DNA of 29,723 bases from NCBI GenBank assembly GCA_046757165.1, contig JBHHXT010000043.1:1-29723 (forward strand). The letters run 5' to 3'. Numbering within the stretch: the stretch's first letter is position 1; each line of letters opens with the position of its first letter. Below, piece after piece: positions 7,960 through 17,898 of this stretch. A model generated the notes under the pieces. That model made no database searches. It saw only the letters and a program-made list of their open reading frames with translations, and was not told the origin of the DNA. The DNA is from a bacterium (GTDB taxonomy: Bacteria; Zhuqueibacterota; Zhuqueibacteria; Oceanimicrobiales; Oceanimicrobiaceae). The translations under genes and the position numbers were made by a program.

Positions 7960-8787
7960 ATGAATACCAGGATCGATGCCGCAGGAGCGTGTCTGACCTG
8001 TCCGGCGCACCACGTGGCAAACCTGAAAAAGCTGGGTGTGAACATGGAATCGTGGGACTATGTGCTGGCGCTGGCAGGCAATCCGAATACCGGCAAGAGC
8101 ACCGTGTTCAATGCTTTGACCGGACTTCGGCAGCACACCGGCAACTGGCCGGGCAAGACCGTCACGCGCGCGGAAGGTGGATTCTCCTACGGCGACAACC
8201 GGTACAAAATCGTCGATCTGCCCGGCACGTACTCGCTGCTTTCAACCAGCACCGACGAGGAGGTTGCGCGAGACTTCATTCTGTTCGGCAAGCCGGATGT
8301 CACTGTCATTGTCATGGATGCGTCGCGGCTCGAGCGTAACCTCAACCTGGCCCTCCAGGTGCTCGAAATCACCGACCGCGCGGTGGTGTGTCTGAATTTG
8401 ATGGATGAGGCAAAACGGCACCAGCTTCAAATCGATGTGCGCCTGCTTTCAAAAGAGCTGGGCGTGCCTGTCGTGCCGACAGCGGCCCGTCACCGGGAGG
8501 GGATTCCGGAGTTGTTGCAGGCGGTCAGCGAAGTGGCAACCGGCAGATATGTCTGCAAACCCCACCGGATTCGGAGTGGCTCGAAGAATCTGCACCTCGC
8601 TATCGACCACATGGCAAGGAAGATCGAAGCCGCTTTCCCCGCTCTAACCAATGCCCGCTGGGTTGCCCTGCGCCTGCTGGAAGGCGACACACGTATCGTG
8701 CAAGCCGTTAAGACGGGAGAGCTGGAGGAGCTCGGGCAGACCGGGGACGTGAAACGTGAGACGGCAAACGTGAGACGTGAGGCGTGA
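7960..8787 (+). CDS. feoB: FeoB N-terminal GTPase domain as a stand-alone ORF
   Basis: G1 [17 protein letters not shown]3 DLPGTYS, G4-like NLMDEA; N-terminal CLTCPAHH. Confidence 0.9.
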   Translation: MNTRIDAAGACLTCPAHHVANLKKLGVNMESWDYVLALAGNPNTGKSTVFNALTGLRQHTGNWPGKTVTRAEGGFSYGDNRYKIVDLPGTYSLLSTSTDEEVARDFILFGKPDVTVIVMDASRLERNLNLALQVLEITDRAVVCLNLMDEAKRHQLQIDVRLLSKELGVPVVPTAARHREGIPELLQAVSEVATGRYVCKPHRIRSGSKNLHLAIDHMARKIEAAFPALTNARWVALRLLEGDTRIVQAVKTGELEELGQTGDVKRETANVRREA

Positions 8788-8922
8788 AACGTGAAACGTG
8801 AGACGTGTGACGGGGAGCGGGCAAGGTGAACGTGAATGCAAGACGACAAAGCGCTGCCGTTCTACGGTTGCTCCCACGCCTCCACCGTTTCACATTTCAC
8901 GTCTGCCGTTTCACGTTTCACG
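8747..8922. repeat. Inverted heptamer array (ACGTGA(A/G))n ... (TTTCACG)n between the feoB halves
   Basis: At least nine 7-nt units from 8747; the right arm TTTCACGTCTGCCGTTTCACGTTTCACG is complementary to the left arm, including the variant unit ACGGCA. Confidence 0.85.
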
Positions 8923-8941
8923 CAACAACGAATGACGGAAA

Positions 8942-10372
8942 ATGAGAAGAGCAGAACATACAACACAAGCGATCATAGATGACGCTCTTTCCCTGCGCTG
9001 GGAAATTGGTGAAAACCTGCACGACTCTGTTTTAGAGTCTATTTATGAGGACGCCGCGCGGATTTCGCAGCGCGTGGTCACCAAAGCGGATGGCAAACCA
9101 CAATTCGACTGGGACCGAACCCTGGACCGCTTGATCACGAGCCGGTGGTTTGGGTTTCCGCTCATGGTGCTGCTGCTGACGGTCGTCTTCTGGATCACGA
9201 TTTCGGCGGCAAATCTCCCTTCCAGGCTGTTGGCGAACTTGCTGATCGATACCTTTCATCCTGCGCTCAAGAGTCTTGCCGCGACGGCCGGTCTCGCCTG
9301 GTGGCTGGACGGCGTGCTCATCGACGGCATGTATCTCGCCATGGCCTGGGTGGTGAGCGTGATGCTGCCGCCGATGGCGATCTTCTTTCCGATGTTCACC
9401 CTGCTGGAAGATTTTGGCTACCTGCCGAGAGTGGCGTTCAACCTGGACAATCTGTTCCGCAAAGCCGGGGCGCACGGCAAGCAGGCCCTTTCGATGGCCA
9501 TGGGATACGGGTGCAACGCGGCCGGCGTCATTGCCACACGCGTCATCGACAGTCCGCGCGAGCGGATCATTGCCATTATCACCAACAACTTTGCGCTTTG
9601 CAACGGCCGCTGGCCGACACAGATTCTCATCGCCTCCCTGTTCATCGGCTCTCTGGCGCCGCCGGCGCTTGCCGGCCTGGTTTCGGCCGCGGCGGTCGTC
9701 GGCATTGCCTTGCTGGGAATCCTCTTGACCTTCGTGACCTCCTGGGCGTTGTCGCGCACGTTGCTAAAAGGGGAGGTTTCTGCCTTTAGCCTGGAGCTGC
9801 CCCCTTACCGGCCGCCAAGATTCTTGCAGACGCTCTACACCTCCCTCATCGACCGTACGCTCACGGTGCTCTGGCGGGCCGTGGTTTTTGCTGTGCCTGC
9901 GGGCGCCGCCATCTGGCTGATGAGCAACATCGAGGTTTCAGGATTGAGCCTGGCCGAGCACGTGATCGATTTCTTTGATCCGTTCGCTCTTGTGCTCGGC
10001 CTCAACGGCGTCATCTTGCTGGCGTATGTGATCGCCATACCGGCCAACGAGATCGTCATCCCAACCATTCTCATGTTGACGGTTCTGAGCGCAAAGATCG
10101 CCGGCATCGGAGAGGGGGTAGGCGTGATGTTCGAGCTCGACGACCTGGACGCGACCATGAACGTCTTCCAGGCGGGTGGCTGGACCCTGCTGACAGCGGT
10201 GAATCTGATGTTGTTCAGCCTGCTGCACAACCCCTGTTCGACAACGATCTATACCATCTACAAAGAAACCGGCAGCGCAAAGTGGACGACGATTTCCTCG
10301 CTGCTGCCCATCGGCATGGGACTCGCTGTTTGTTTTCTGGTCACTCGAGTCTGGCAGGTGTTTAGCCTGTAG
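8942..10372 (+). CDS. feoB: FeoB membrane (gate / nucleoside-recognition) domain as a stand-alone ORF
   Basis: [41 protein letters not shown] motifs; multiple TM helices. Confidence 0.9.
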   Translation: MRRAEHTTQAIIDDALSLRWEIGENLHDSVLESIYEDAARISQRVVTKADGKPQFDWDRTLDRLITSRWFGFPLMVLLLTVVFWITISAANLPSRLLANLLIDTFHPALKSLAATAGLAWWLDGVLIDGMYLAMAWVVSVMLPPMAIFFPMFTLLEDFGYLPRVAFNLDNLFRKAGAHGKQALSMAMGYGCNAAGVIATRVIDSPRERIIAIITNNFALCNGRWPTQILIASLFIGSLAPPALAGLVSAAAVVGIALLGILLTFVTSWALSRTLLKGEVSAFSLELPPYRPPRFLQTLYTSLIDRTLTVLWRAVVFAVPAGAAIWLMSNIEVSGLSLAEHVIDFFDPFALVLGLNGVILLAYVIAIPANEIVIPTILMLTVLSAKIAGIGEGVGVMFELDDLDATMNVFQAGGWTLLTAVNLMLFSLLHNPCSTTIYTIYKETGSAKWTTISSLLPIGMGLAVCFLVTRVWQVFSL

Positions 10373-10422
10373 GTGTTTAGGCTGTTCGGCTGTAGACTCC
10401 TTCCTACAGCCTAAAAGTCTAA
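10358..10422. repeat. Inverted octamer array (GTTTAG(G/C)C...) overlapping the feoB stop
   Basis: GTGTTTAGCCTGTAGGTGTTTAGGCTGTTCGGCTGTAGA ... CCTACAGCCTAAAAGTCTAA. Confidence 0.55.
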
Positions 10423-10451
10423 TTTTTTTCGCAGACTTCGCTGCGAAGAAA

Positions 10452-10563
10452 GTCATTAGCGCTTCGCGCCGTCATTTGCCCTGCGGGCGTCATTTGGTCC
10501 TTGCTTGCTCAATGACGCCCGCAGGGCAAATGACAACAAATGACGAGCAAAGCTCAAATGACG
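10452..10563. repeat. GTCATT/AATGAC multi-hairpin element with a perfect 24-bp inverted repeat
   Basis: GTCATTTGCCCTGCGGGCGTCATT (10471-10494) is the exact reverse complement of 10511-10534; further AAATGAC units follow. Confidence 0.8.
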
Positions 10564-10665
10564 GCCTTTTCTGAAACGATCGACCCAAAAAAATTATCGA
10601 CAACACTTTGTCGATGTCTGGCGCCAAGCGCCTACAGCCCAACAGGTCCCCCCTCCATTTTTCCC

Positions 10666-10694
10666 TTGATTTTCAATTTGCGATAGAGTAAAAT
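10666..10694 (+). promoter_or_regulatory. Candidate sigma-70 promoter for xdhC-mocA
   Basis: TTGATT-N17-TAAAAT. Confidence 0.5.
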
Positions 10695-10744
10695 GGAATA
10701 TTCTTTCCCCTGATAGACTATCATTGAACCATCCAAAGGTCAGT

Positions 10745-11071
10745 GTGCGAGAAACCTTGATTATTTTGGAAACACTGGAGACACTGCAAGAACGCGGTGA
10801 GCGTGCTGCCCTGGCCACCGTCGTCAGAACTTCCGGTTCGACGTACCGCAAGGAGGGCGCCAAAATGGTTATTTCCGAAAAAGGGGAGATGGTCGGATCC
10901 ATCAGTGCGGGCTGCCTGGAGGCGGACGTGCGCGAAATCACACCGGAGGTCATCCGCACCGGAACACCCAGACTGTTGCGCTACGACAACACCGCGGCCG
11001 AGGATATCATCTGGGGCCTCGGACTGGGATGCAATGGCGTTGTGGAGGTGTTTGTGGAGCCGGTGTTGTAA
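10745..11071 (+). CDS. xdhC: XdhC/CoxI-family N-terminal domain protein
   Basis: AALATVVRTSGSTYRKEGAKM, GSISAGCLE, WGLGLGCNGVVEVFVEP; probable GTG start at 10745. Confidence 0.85.
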   Translation: MRETLIILETLETLQERGERAALATVVRTSGSTYRKEGAKMVISEKGEMVGSISAGCLEADVREITPEVIRTGTPRLLRYDNTAAEDIIWGLGLGCNGVVEVFVEPVL

Positions 11072-11106
11072 TCGAGGATTGATGATCGAGGATCGATAAT
11101 TGAATC
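11071..11106 (+). repeat. Heptamer run ATCGAGG/ATTGATG/ATCGAGG/ATCGATA/ATTGAAT between the xdhC halves
   Basis: Five 7-nt units fill the whole intergenic gap and contain GAGGA 7 nt before the TTG at 11100. Confidence 0.6.
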
Positions 11107-11909
11107 AGTTGAATCTTCAGCAAGTTCTCAGGACGGCCATTCGGGAGGAACGGCCGGTGGCGTTGGCTGTGGTGGTCAGGAATGAGACAGACAACGGCGT
11201 TCCGCTGGCGAAGAAGATGCTCATCTTCCCAGGCGGAAGGACCGAGGGAAGTCTGGGAGACAAGGTGCTCACCAAGAGCGTCATTCGAGACGCGCATGAC
11301 CTGCTTGCCAAGCAGCGCTCGACAACCCGGACTTACGAGTTCGAGAGCGGCAAGAAGATCGAAGTGTACATCGAATCGATTGTGCCGCCGCCGCCGTTTG
11401 TCATCATCGGTGCCGACCCGGACGCGGTACCGATTGTAAGCCTCGCTAAACAAATGGGGTTCAAGGTGCTCCTGGTCGACCACCGGGAAGCGTTTGCCAA
11501 CCCTGAGAAGTACCCGCAAGCGGATCTGACAATCGTTGTTTGCCCCGAGACCCTGGCAAACACCGTCAGAATAAATGACCGGACGTTTGTCCTGGTCAAG
11601 ACGCACAATTACTTGCGGGACAAAGAAATTCTGAAAACCGTTTTGAAGTCACCGGCGGTCTACGTCGGGCAGTTGGGACCGAAGGCCAGAATGGAGGATT
11701 TGTTGCGTGATCTGGCCAAAGAGGGCGTGACGTTCAGCCAGAAAGAGCTCGACAAACTTTACGGGCCAGTTGGCCTCGACATCGGCGCGGAAAGCCCGGA
11801 GCAGATCGCGATCAGTATTCTGAGCGAGATGCTGGCGGTCAAGAACGGCCGGCTCGGGGGGCTGCTGCGGGAGCAGACGGACGCCATCCATCCAAGAAGC
11901 GAGACATGA
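11100..11909 (+). CDS. xdhC: XdhC-family Mo-cofactor insertion chaperone, C-terminal part (CoxI-like + Rossmann domain)
   Basis: IIGADPDA, THNYLRD, YVGQLGP, GPVGLDIGAESPEQIAISILSE. Confidence 0.88.
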   Translation: MNQLNLQQVLRTAIREERPVALAVVVRNETDNGVPLAKKMLIFPGGRTEGSLGDKVLTKSVIRDAHDLLAKQRSTTRTYEFESGKKIEVYIESIVPPPPFVIIGADPDAVPIVSLAKQMGFKVLLVDHREAFANPEKYPQADLTIVVCPETLANTVRINDRTFVLVKTHNYLRDKEILKTVLKSPAVYVGQLGPKARMEDLLRDLAKEGVTFSQKELDKLYGPVGLDIGAESPEQIAISILSEMLAVKNGRLGGLLREQTDAIHPRSET

Positions 11910-12508
11910 GCCCCCCTTTTGTTTCAGCCATTTTGCTCGCCGCCGGCACGTCCAACCGCATGGGGAAAGGGAAGAAGCTCTTGCTCAGGATCGGTCAGAA
12001 GTCCCTTTTGCGGTGGTCGCTGCAGCATGTCCTGGATTGCCGGGCAAACGAGATTATCCTGGTTGTCGGCGAAGACGCTGACGAGATTGAACGTTGTGCC
12101 AACCATCCGAAGGTGCGACTCATCAGAAATCTCGACTACCGAGAGGGGATGAGCGCTTCGATTCGGGTTGGAGTCGAGGCGGTATCGCCGCACGCAGACG
12201 GGGTGCTCATTCTCCTTGCGGATCAGCCCACCCTCAGGACCGAGACCCTCGACCGTTTTCTGCAAGCCTTTGCGGAGTCCGGAAAACGCATCGTTTCTGC
12301 GCACTATGCCGGGGTGACGGGCAACCCGGTTTTGTTTCACCGCGATTTTTTTGATGACCTGACACGGCTGCAGGGCGATTTGGGCGCGCGTGCGCTGCTG
12401 GCGAAATATGCAAATGAGGTGGCAACTGTGCCGCTTTGTGAGGACGAGGCCCTGGATGTCGATACGCCGGAAGACCTGGAAAGAGCAAAAAAGATCCTGT
12501 CCCGATAA
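11906..12508 (+). CDS. mocA: Molybdenum cofactor cytidylyltransferase (MocA-like nucleotidyltransferase)
   Basis: LLAAGTSNRMG, GMSASIRVG, LADQP, GNPVLF, GDLGAR, DVDTPED; context next to xdhC and cox genes. Confidence 0.85.
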   Translation: MSPPFVSAILLAAGTSNRMGKGKKLLLRIGQKSLLRWSLQHVLDCRANEIILVVGEDADEIERCANHPKVRLIRNLDYREGMSASIRVGVEAVSPHADGVLILLADQPTLRTETLDRFLQAFAESGKRIVSAHYAGVTGNPVLFHRDFFDDLTRLQGDLGARALLAKYANEVATVPLCEDEALDVDTPEDLERAKKILSR

Positions 12509-12543
12509 GGCCGGGTTTTTTGGTTGCACCGTGCAAAAAAGGC

Positions 12544-12572
12544 TTGACATTTTTTTTAGATTTGTGTAACAT
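12544..12572 (+). promoter_or_regulatory. Sigma-70 promoter for coxSLM
   Basis: TTGACA-N17-TAACAT with TG-rich bases just upstream of the -10. Confidence 0.65.
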
Positions 12573-12719
12573 CCTCTCATTCTGCTTAGCGCAATTCAAG
12601 GATTTAGCCCTTTAGAATAGAGTTGAACAGCTAAGTTTTTCATCTGCGTTTCCACAATCACGCTAGACTTTTCGTTTCTTCACCAGCTTGTTTCTAACCA
12701 AAAATTCGGGAGGGAGCCT

Positions 12720-13184
12720 ATGTCTCACACGATTAAAGTTACGGTAAACGGTGTTTCCCTCGAGGCGGAGGTCGAGCCGCGGGTTTTGCTTGTGCATCTT
12801 TTGCGGGACACCTTTCGGCTCACTGGCACGCACGTCGGGTGTGACACCAGTCAATGTGGCGCGTGTACCGTTCTGGTAGACGGCGTCGCAACCAAATCAT
12901 GCACCATGTTTGCTGTGCAGGCCGACGGCCACGACGTGACGACGATCGAGGGACTCGCTCGGGATAGCGAGATGCATCCGATTCAACAGGCATTCAAGCA
13001 GGAGCACGGGCTGCAGTGTGGCTTTTGCACCCCGGGCATGATCCTCTCTGCGCACGAGCTACTCGGAAGCAATGGCAGCCCGAGCGAAGCGGAAATCCGG
13101 CATGCGCTGGAGGGCAACTATTGCCGCTGCACAGGGTACCACAACATCGTCAAAGCCGTACAGACAGCGGCGAAACAGATGTAG
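12720..13184 (+). CDS. coxS: Molybdenum hydroxylase small [2Fe-2S] subunit (CoxS/CutS)
   Basis: [37 protein letters not shown]. Confidence 0.93.
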   Translation: MSHTIKVTVNGVSLEAEVEPRVLLVHLLRDTFRLTGTHVGCDTSQCGACTVLVDGVATKSCTMFAVQADGHDVTTIEGLARDSEMHPIQQAFKQEHGLQCGFCTPGMILSAHELLGSNGSPSEAEIRHALEGNYCRCTGYHNIVKAVQTAAKQM

Positions 13185-13210
13185 GGCCATGACGCGTCAG
13201 AACATATTCT

Positions 13211-13294
13211 AGCCACGGATTGAACCTGATAAAAACCAAATCTTATCAATGATGAACAAATCTGATTCGTGCCAATTCGTGTAATTTCGTGGCT
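13211..13294. repeat. Compact inverted 10-nt-unit element between coxS and coxL
   Basis: AGCCACGGATT... and ATTCGTGCCAATTCGTGTAATTTCGTGGCT; same family as 1141-1170 and 3722-3751. Confidence 0.75.
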
Positions 13295-13369
13295 GAATTA
13301 ATGTCCAGGCTTTCGTGACTCAGCTTTTTTGCGAATTTAGAGTTCTCGATCATAAAGGAGAGAATCAAA

Positions 13370-15709
13370 ATGGGACAATACATTGGAACTTCCGTCAAAA
13401 GAAAGGAAGATGATCGTTTTGTGGCGGGCAAAGGGCGCTACACCGATGATATCGTTTTGCCCAACATGACATACGCCCATATTCTCAGAAGCCCGCATGC
13501 CCACGCCAGAATAAAGGGTATCAAAACCGACAAGGCCAGTGCCCAACCCGGCGTGGTGGCTGTTTTTACAGGAAAAGACCTCGAGACAATTTCAGTGCCG
13601 ACGGGCTGGGCAATCGGTGATAATATGAAGGAGCCCCCCCATCCTCCGCTGGCCGTCGGCAAAGTGCGGCACGTTGGCGACGGCGTGGCGGTGGTCATTG
13701 CCGAAGACCGCTACCTCGCCAGGGACGCTGCCGAGCTGGTCGAGGTGGACTACGAGGTGCTGCCGGCCGTAGCTGACGCGTCAAAAGCCCGCGAGGCGGG
13801 CGCCCCGGTGGTGCACGACGAAGCGCCGAACAACATATGTTTTACCTGGGAGCTGGGCGATAAGGCGGCGGCGGATGAGGCGCTCAGCAAAGCTCACCAC
13901 GTAACCAAACTGGACTTTATCAATCAACGGCTCATCGCCAACGCCATCGAGCCCCGGTGCGCCATTGGCGATTATGACGTCGGCAAGGATGAGCTGACGC
14001 TCTATACCAGCTCGCAGAACCCGCACCTCATTCGGCTGCTGCTGTGCGCGTTTGTCCTCGGTCTTCCGGAGCACAAAGTGCGGGTCATTTCGCCGGACGT
14101 CGGGGGCGGGTTTGGCAGCAAAATCTTTCACTATCCCGAAGAGGTGATCTGTGCCTGGGCCACGCGCAAAATTGGCCGGCCCGTAAAGTGGACCGCAGAG
14201 CGCAGCGAAAGCTTCCTGAGCGATGCACACGGCCGGGACCACCACACCGTTGCCGAGATGGGATTTGACAAGGACGGCAACATGGTGGGACTGCGCGTCA
14301 TCACGACCGCCAACCTGGGCGCTTATCTTTCCACGTTTGGTCCCGGCGTCCCGACCTGGCTCTATGGCACGTTGCTCACGGGTCAATACAAAACGAAGAA
14401 CATTTATGTGCAGACCACGGGCGTTTTTACCAATACCACACCGGTGGACGCCTATCGGGGGGCGGGCCGCCCGGAAGCGACTTTTGTCGTCGAGCGGCTT
14501 GTCGAGACCGCCGCGCATGAGCTGAACATGGATCCGGCCGAGCTGCGCAGAAAGAATTTGATTCCGCCAGACGCGTTTCCTTACGAGACACCTGTTGTGA
14601 TGACGTACGACAGCGGAAATTACGAGCCGGCGCTGGACCGGGCTTTGGAAATGGTCGGCTACCAGAAACTTCGGGAGCAACAGAAGAAAGCCCGTGCTCA
14701 GGGGGGCAAGCTCATCGGCATCGGGTTTTCCAGCTACATCGAAGCGTGCGGCATTGCGCCTTCGAAAGTTGCGGGGGCTATCGGCGCACGCGCCGGACTG
14801 TACGAGGGAGCGAGTGTGCGGGTTCATCCGACGGGAAAAGTCACGGTTTTCACCGGCTCGCATGCCCACGGCCAGGGCCACGAAACCACCTTCGCGCAGG
14901 TCGTGGCGGACGGCTTTGGTATCTCCATCGACGACGTCGATGTCGTGCACGGCGATACCGCTCAGATTCCGTTTGGCATGGGAACCTACGGCTCCCGCAG
15001 CATCGCTGTGGGTGGCAGCGCCATCTACCAGGCGGTGCAAAAGATCAAAGAGAAGGCGAAGAAGATTGCGGCACATAAACTGGAAGCATCGGAGGAGGAT
15101 CTGGAATTTGCGGACGGAAACTGGACAGTAAAGGGAACGGATCGATCCGTCGCATTTGGCGACATCGCACTCACTGCTTATGTGCCGCATGATTATCCTG
15201 AAGACCTGGAGCCAGGTCTGGAGGACAACGCCTTCTGGGACCCGAAGAATTTCACCTTCCCGTTCGGCACGCACATCAGCGTGGTGGAAATCGATCCGGA
15301 CACCGGCAAGGTGGATATCGTTCGCTACGTTGCGGTTGACGATGTTGGCAATGTCATCAATCCCATGATCGTGGATGGCCAGGTGCACGGCGGCATTGCC
15401 CAGGGCGTCGCCCAGGCGCTGTGGGAAGGCGCGGTCTATGACGATGGCGGCCAGCTCATCACCGGCTCCATGATGGATTATGCCCTCCCGAAGGCAGATG
15501 ACCTGCCCTCTTTCGAGGTGGACCGGACGACGACCCCCTGTCCCGACAATCCGCTCGGCGTCAAAGGCGCCGGCGAAACCGGAACCATCGCGTCGACCGT
15601 TTGTATTGTCAACGCCGTGGTCGACGCACTCTCTCACCTGGGCGTGCGCGACCTCGCCATGCCGATGACGCCAGAACGGGTGTGGCGCGCCATTCACGGG
15701 CAGGGGTGA
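13370..15709 (+). CDS. coxL: Molybdenum hydroxylase large subunit, form II CoxL-like (xanthine dehydrogenase family)
   Basis: GGGFGSK, active-site loop [34 protein letters not shown]. Confidence 0.9.
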   Translation: MGQYIGTSVKRKEDDRFVAGKGRYTDDIVLPNMTYAHILRSPHAHARIKGIKTDKASAQPGVVAVFTGKDLETISVPTGWAIGDNMKEPPHPPLAVGKVRHVGDGVAVVIAEDRYLARDAAELVEVDYEVLPAVADASKAREAGAPVVHDEAPNNICFTWELGDKAAADEALSKAHHVTKLDFINQRLIANAIEPRCAIGDYDVGKDELTLYTSSQNPHLIRLLLCAFVLGLPEHKVRVISPDVGGGFGSKIFHYPEEVICAWATRKIGRPVKWTAERSESFLSDAHGRDHHTVAEMGFDKDGNMVGLRVITTANLGAYLSTFGPGVPTWLYGTLLTGQYKTKNIYVQTTGVFTNTTPVDAYRGAGRPEATFVVERLVETAAHELNMDPAELRRKNLIPPDAFPYETPVVMTYDSGNYEPALDRALEMVGYQKLREQQKKARAQGGKLIGIGFSSYIEACGIAPSKVAGAIGARAGLYEGASVRVHPTGKVTVFTGSHAHGQGHETTFAQVVADGFGISIDDVDVVHGDTAQIPFGMGTYGSRSIAVGGSAIYQAVQKIKEKAKKIAAHKLEASEEDLEFADGNWTVKGTDRSVAFGDIALTAYVPHDYPEDLEPGLEDNAFWDPKNFTFPFGTHISVVEIDPDTGKVDIVRYVAVDDVGNVINPMIVDGQVHGGIAQGVAQALWEGAVYDDGGQLITGSMMDYALPKADDLPSFEVDRTTTPCPDNPLGVKGAGETGTIASTVCIVNAVVDALSHLGVRDLAMPMTPERVWRAIHGQG

Positions 15710-15871
15710 GGGAGATTGGCAAGCGTGAAGATGGAAGCTAGAAAACCTCCATTCCTTGCACGGCAAGGAGCTGGGGCTGACCGAGAAACCAACTCAGGAC
15801 TTTTTCGTGGCAGAACCGGTCCGGGTGTTTGAGACAGCCCCTTCTGGGGAGCAAAGAAAGGAGACACAAGC

Positions 15872-16735
15872 ATGATTCCGACCAGTTTTGAATATGTCAA
15901 AGCCAGCTCCGTTCAGGAGGCGATTTCCCTGCTGGAGCAACATGGCGAAGATGCAGAATTGCTCGCCGGCGGCCACAGCCTCATTCCGGCGATGAAACTG
16001 CGCCTGAATGCTCCTGCGACGTTGATCGACCTTTCCGGCATAAGCGAGCTGAGTGAAATCCGCCAAAACGGGGACCGGGTGGAGATCGGGGCGTTTGTGA
16101 CCCACCGCGCAGTTGAGGGTTCCGACGTGGTGAGAAAGAGCTGCCCGGTCCTGGCCGAGGCCGCGAGCCGGATCGGCGACCCGCAGGTGCGCAATCGCGG
16201 CACCATCGGCGGCAGCCTGGCGCACGCAGACCCGGCCGCGGATTATCCGGCCCTGGTACTGGCCCTCGGTGCCGAAATCCACCTCACCGGCAAATCCGGC
16301 GACCGCACAGTTGCTGCCGACGATTTTTTTACTGGCCTGTTCGAGACCGCCCTCAGCAGCGGCGACCTCATCACCCGGGTCAGCTTTCCCGTCTTGAAGA
16401 AAGGCACGGGCGCGGCGTACGAGAAGTTTCCGCACCCGGCCTCGCGTTTTGCCGTCGTTGGCGTCGCTGCCATGGTGACCATGGATGGGGGCAAGTGTTC
16501 GGCGGCCAGAGTGGGTGTCACCGGCGCGGCAGCGTCCGCATTTCGTGCCACCGCGGTGGAAAACGCACTGGTTGGCCAGACGCTGGACGACAACACGATC
16601 TCCAGCGCCACGGCAAAGGTCGCGAACCCGGCGGACTTGCTCGGTGATTTGATCGCCTCGCCTGAGTACCGCGCGAATCTGTGCTCGGTCTTAACCCGGC
16701 GCGCGCTGCTGGCAGCGGCTGAACAGACGAAGTGA
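15872..16735 (+). CDS. coxM: Molybdenum hydroxylase FAD-binding medium subunit (CoxM/CutM)
   Basis: LAGGHSLIPAMKLR, IGDPQVRNRGTIGGSLAHADPAAD; AAGGAG RBS. Confidence 0.93.
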   Translation: MIPTSFEYVKASSVQEAISLLEQHGEDAELLAGGHSLIPAMKLRLNAPATLIDLSGISELSEIRQNGDRVEIGAFVTHRAVEGSDVVRKSCPVLAEAASRIGDPQVRNRGTIGGSLAHADPAADYPALVLALGAEIHLTGKSGDRTVAADDFFTGLFETALSSGDLITRVSFPVLKKGTGAAYEKFPHPASRFAVVGVAAMVTMDGGKCSAARVGVTGAAASAFRATAVENALVGQTLDDNTISSATAKVANPADLLGDLIASPEYRANLCSVLTRRALLAAAEQTK

Positions 16736-16739
16736 TTAT

Positions 16740-16833
16740 CCACCGAATTTCACCGAAACCACCGAGTGTCACCGAAGGATTTTTTTAGAATTGAATGAAA
16801 AACTTTCGGTGACACTCGGTGAAACTTCGGTGG
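16740..16833. repeat. Inverted CACCGA-unit array directly after coxM
   Basis: CCACCGAATTTCACCGAAACCACCGAGTGTCACCGAA ... TTCGGTGACACTCGGTGAAACTTCGGTGG. Confidence 0.8.
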
Positions 16834-16922
16834 GTCTGGGAGGCGAGGGGAGCAACCCAGACCCGGACTGTGCTGTTTCTACTTGGTTTTTGCCTCTAAC
16901 CTGCATTATTCATGAATTGTTT

Positions 16923-16989
16923 GTTCGTAGTGCCGCCGTCAGGCGGCCAAAGGCTTTAAAAACAGCACGCTGACGCGTGCACTACAAAC
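16923..16989. repeat. GTAG-type REP-like doublet
   Basis: GTTCGTAGTGC...GCACTACAAAC outer stem with inner hairpins CCGCCGTCAGGCGG and GCACGCTGACGCGTGC. Confidence 0.7.
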
Positions 16990-17030
16990 TTCAAAAAGCA
17001 GCTTTATTCAAAACTTCTATTCAGGTATTC

Positions 17031-17160
17031 GAGCATGATCTAACGGATCGGAACGGATTGGACTCAACGGAATGTGTCGGAGTTCAGTGCAAAGTAACTT
17101 GTGTGGCTCACGATTTTTTTGGCTTTCATCCAAGAACAAATCCGTTAAATCCGTGCTCCA
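17031..17160. repeat. Inverted ACGGAT/ATCCGT array related to the element at 1-128
   Basis: CTAACGGATCGGAACGGATTGGACTC ... AATCCGTTAAATCCGTGCTCCA; AACGGATTGGACTC is the reverse complement of 91-104. Confidence 0.7.
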
Positions 17161-17252
17161 TTCATTTGCGGCTTCGCCGCGCGGGGAATTATGCAGGCTA
17201 ATAAGAAGAAATTGGATAAGCTGGGTAGATCCTTCCCAGGAAAAGAATCCAG

Positions 17253-17792
17253 ATGACAATTGAGAAGAACCTGAAAACCATTGAACGAATAGGCAAAGAG
17301 AGGAAAGACGAGAACTGGGAGTTCCGTAGTTTCCTGAAGCAGCTCGATATGGAAATTAATGAGATAGACGCGATTGTACATCGGATTACGGATGAAGTGA
17401 GCAGTCAAATAGACTGCACGGAATGTGGAAACTGCTGCAAACATGTGAGACCTACTTTAGATGATGATGATATATCGCGATTTGCCTCTGGCCTGAAAAT
17501 ATCAATTGCTGAGCTGCGGGAAGAGTATTTGGTTGAGCAGACGGAGAGTGTGTCTGACCCTGCATTCAAGGCTCTACCCTGCCCCTTTCTTGTGGACAAC
17601 AGGTGCTCCAATTACGAATTCCGTCCAAAGGCATGTGCCTCTTATCCTCATTTACATAAAGATGAGTTTGTTTTTCGACTGTGGGCAGTTGTTGAGAATT
17701 GTTCGATATGCCCGATCGTTTTTAACGTCTATGAGAGGTTGAAACTCGAATTATGGCATAATGACGACAATGACTTGTTCGATCTTTCTTAA
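17253..17792 (+). CDS. YkgJ-family (CxxCxxCC) Zn/Fe-S cysteine-cluster protein
   Basis: CTECGNCC, PCPFL, RCSNYEFRPKACASYP, CSICP; more AT-rich than its neighbours. Confidence 0.88.
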   Translation: MTIEKNLKTIERIGKERKDENWEFRSFLKQLDMEINEIDAIVHRITDEVSSQIDCTECGNCCKHVRPTLDDDDISRFASGLKISIAELREEYLVEQTESVSDPAFKALPCPFLVDNRCSNYEFRPKACASYPHLHKDEFVFRLWAVVENCSICPIVFNVYERLKLELWHNDDNDLFDLS

Positions 17793-17845
17793 AACAGAGA
17801 TGCAAGCTCTGCGTTTGGGTTGAGCAGGTCCTCAACCAAATTATC

Positions 17846-17874
17846 TTGCAATCATCCTTATCGCTAGTTATAGT
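17846..17874 (+). promoter_or_regulatory. Candidate sigma-70 promoter for coxD
   Basis: TTGCAA-N17-TATAGT. Confidence 0.55.
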
Positions 17875-17898
17875 TAGAGTCCTTTGCAGAAAACAACC

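Noticed and set aside
8785..8787. Selenocysteine readthrough joining the two feoB halves
   Set aside because: The downstream ORF is in a different frame and the TGA is part of the repeat unit
8747..8922. CRISPR array
   Set aside because: Units are 7 nt, contiguous and without unique spacers; no cas genes; the same applies to the other arrays
13370..15709. Bona fide form I aerobic CO dehydrogenase
   Set aside because: Active-site loop is AYRGAGR rather than AYxCSFR, and the gene order is S-L-M
13781..15766. 661-aa antisense ORF
   Set aside because: Shadow of coxL caused by GC-rich codon bias; no recognisable motifs
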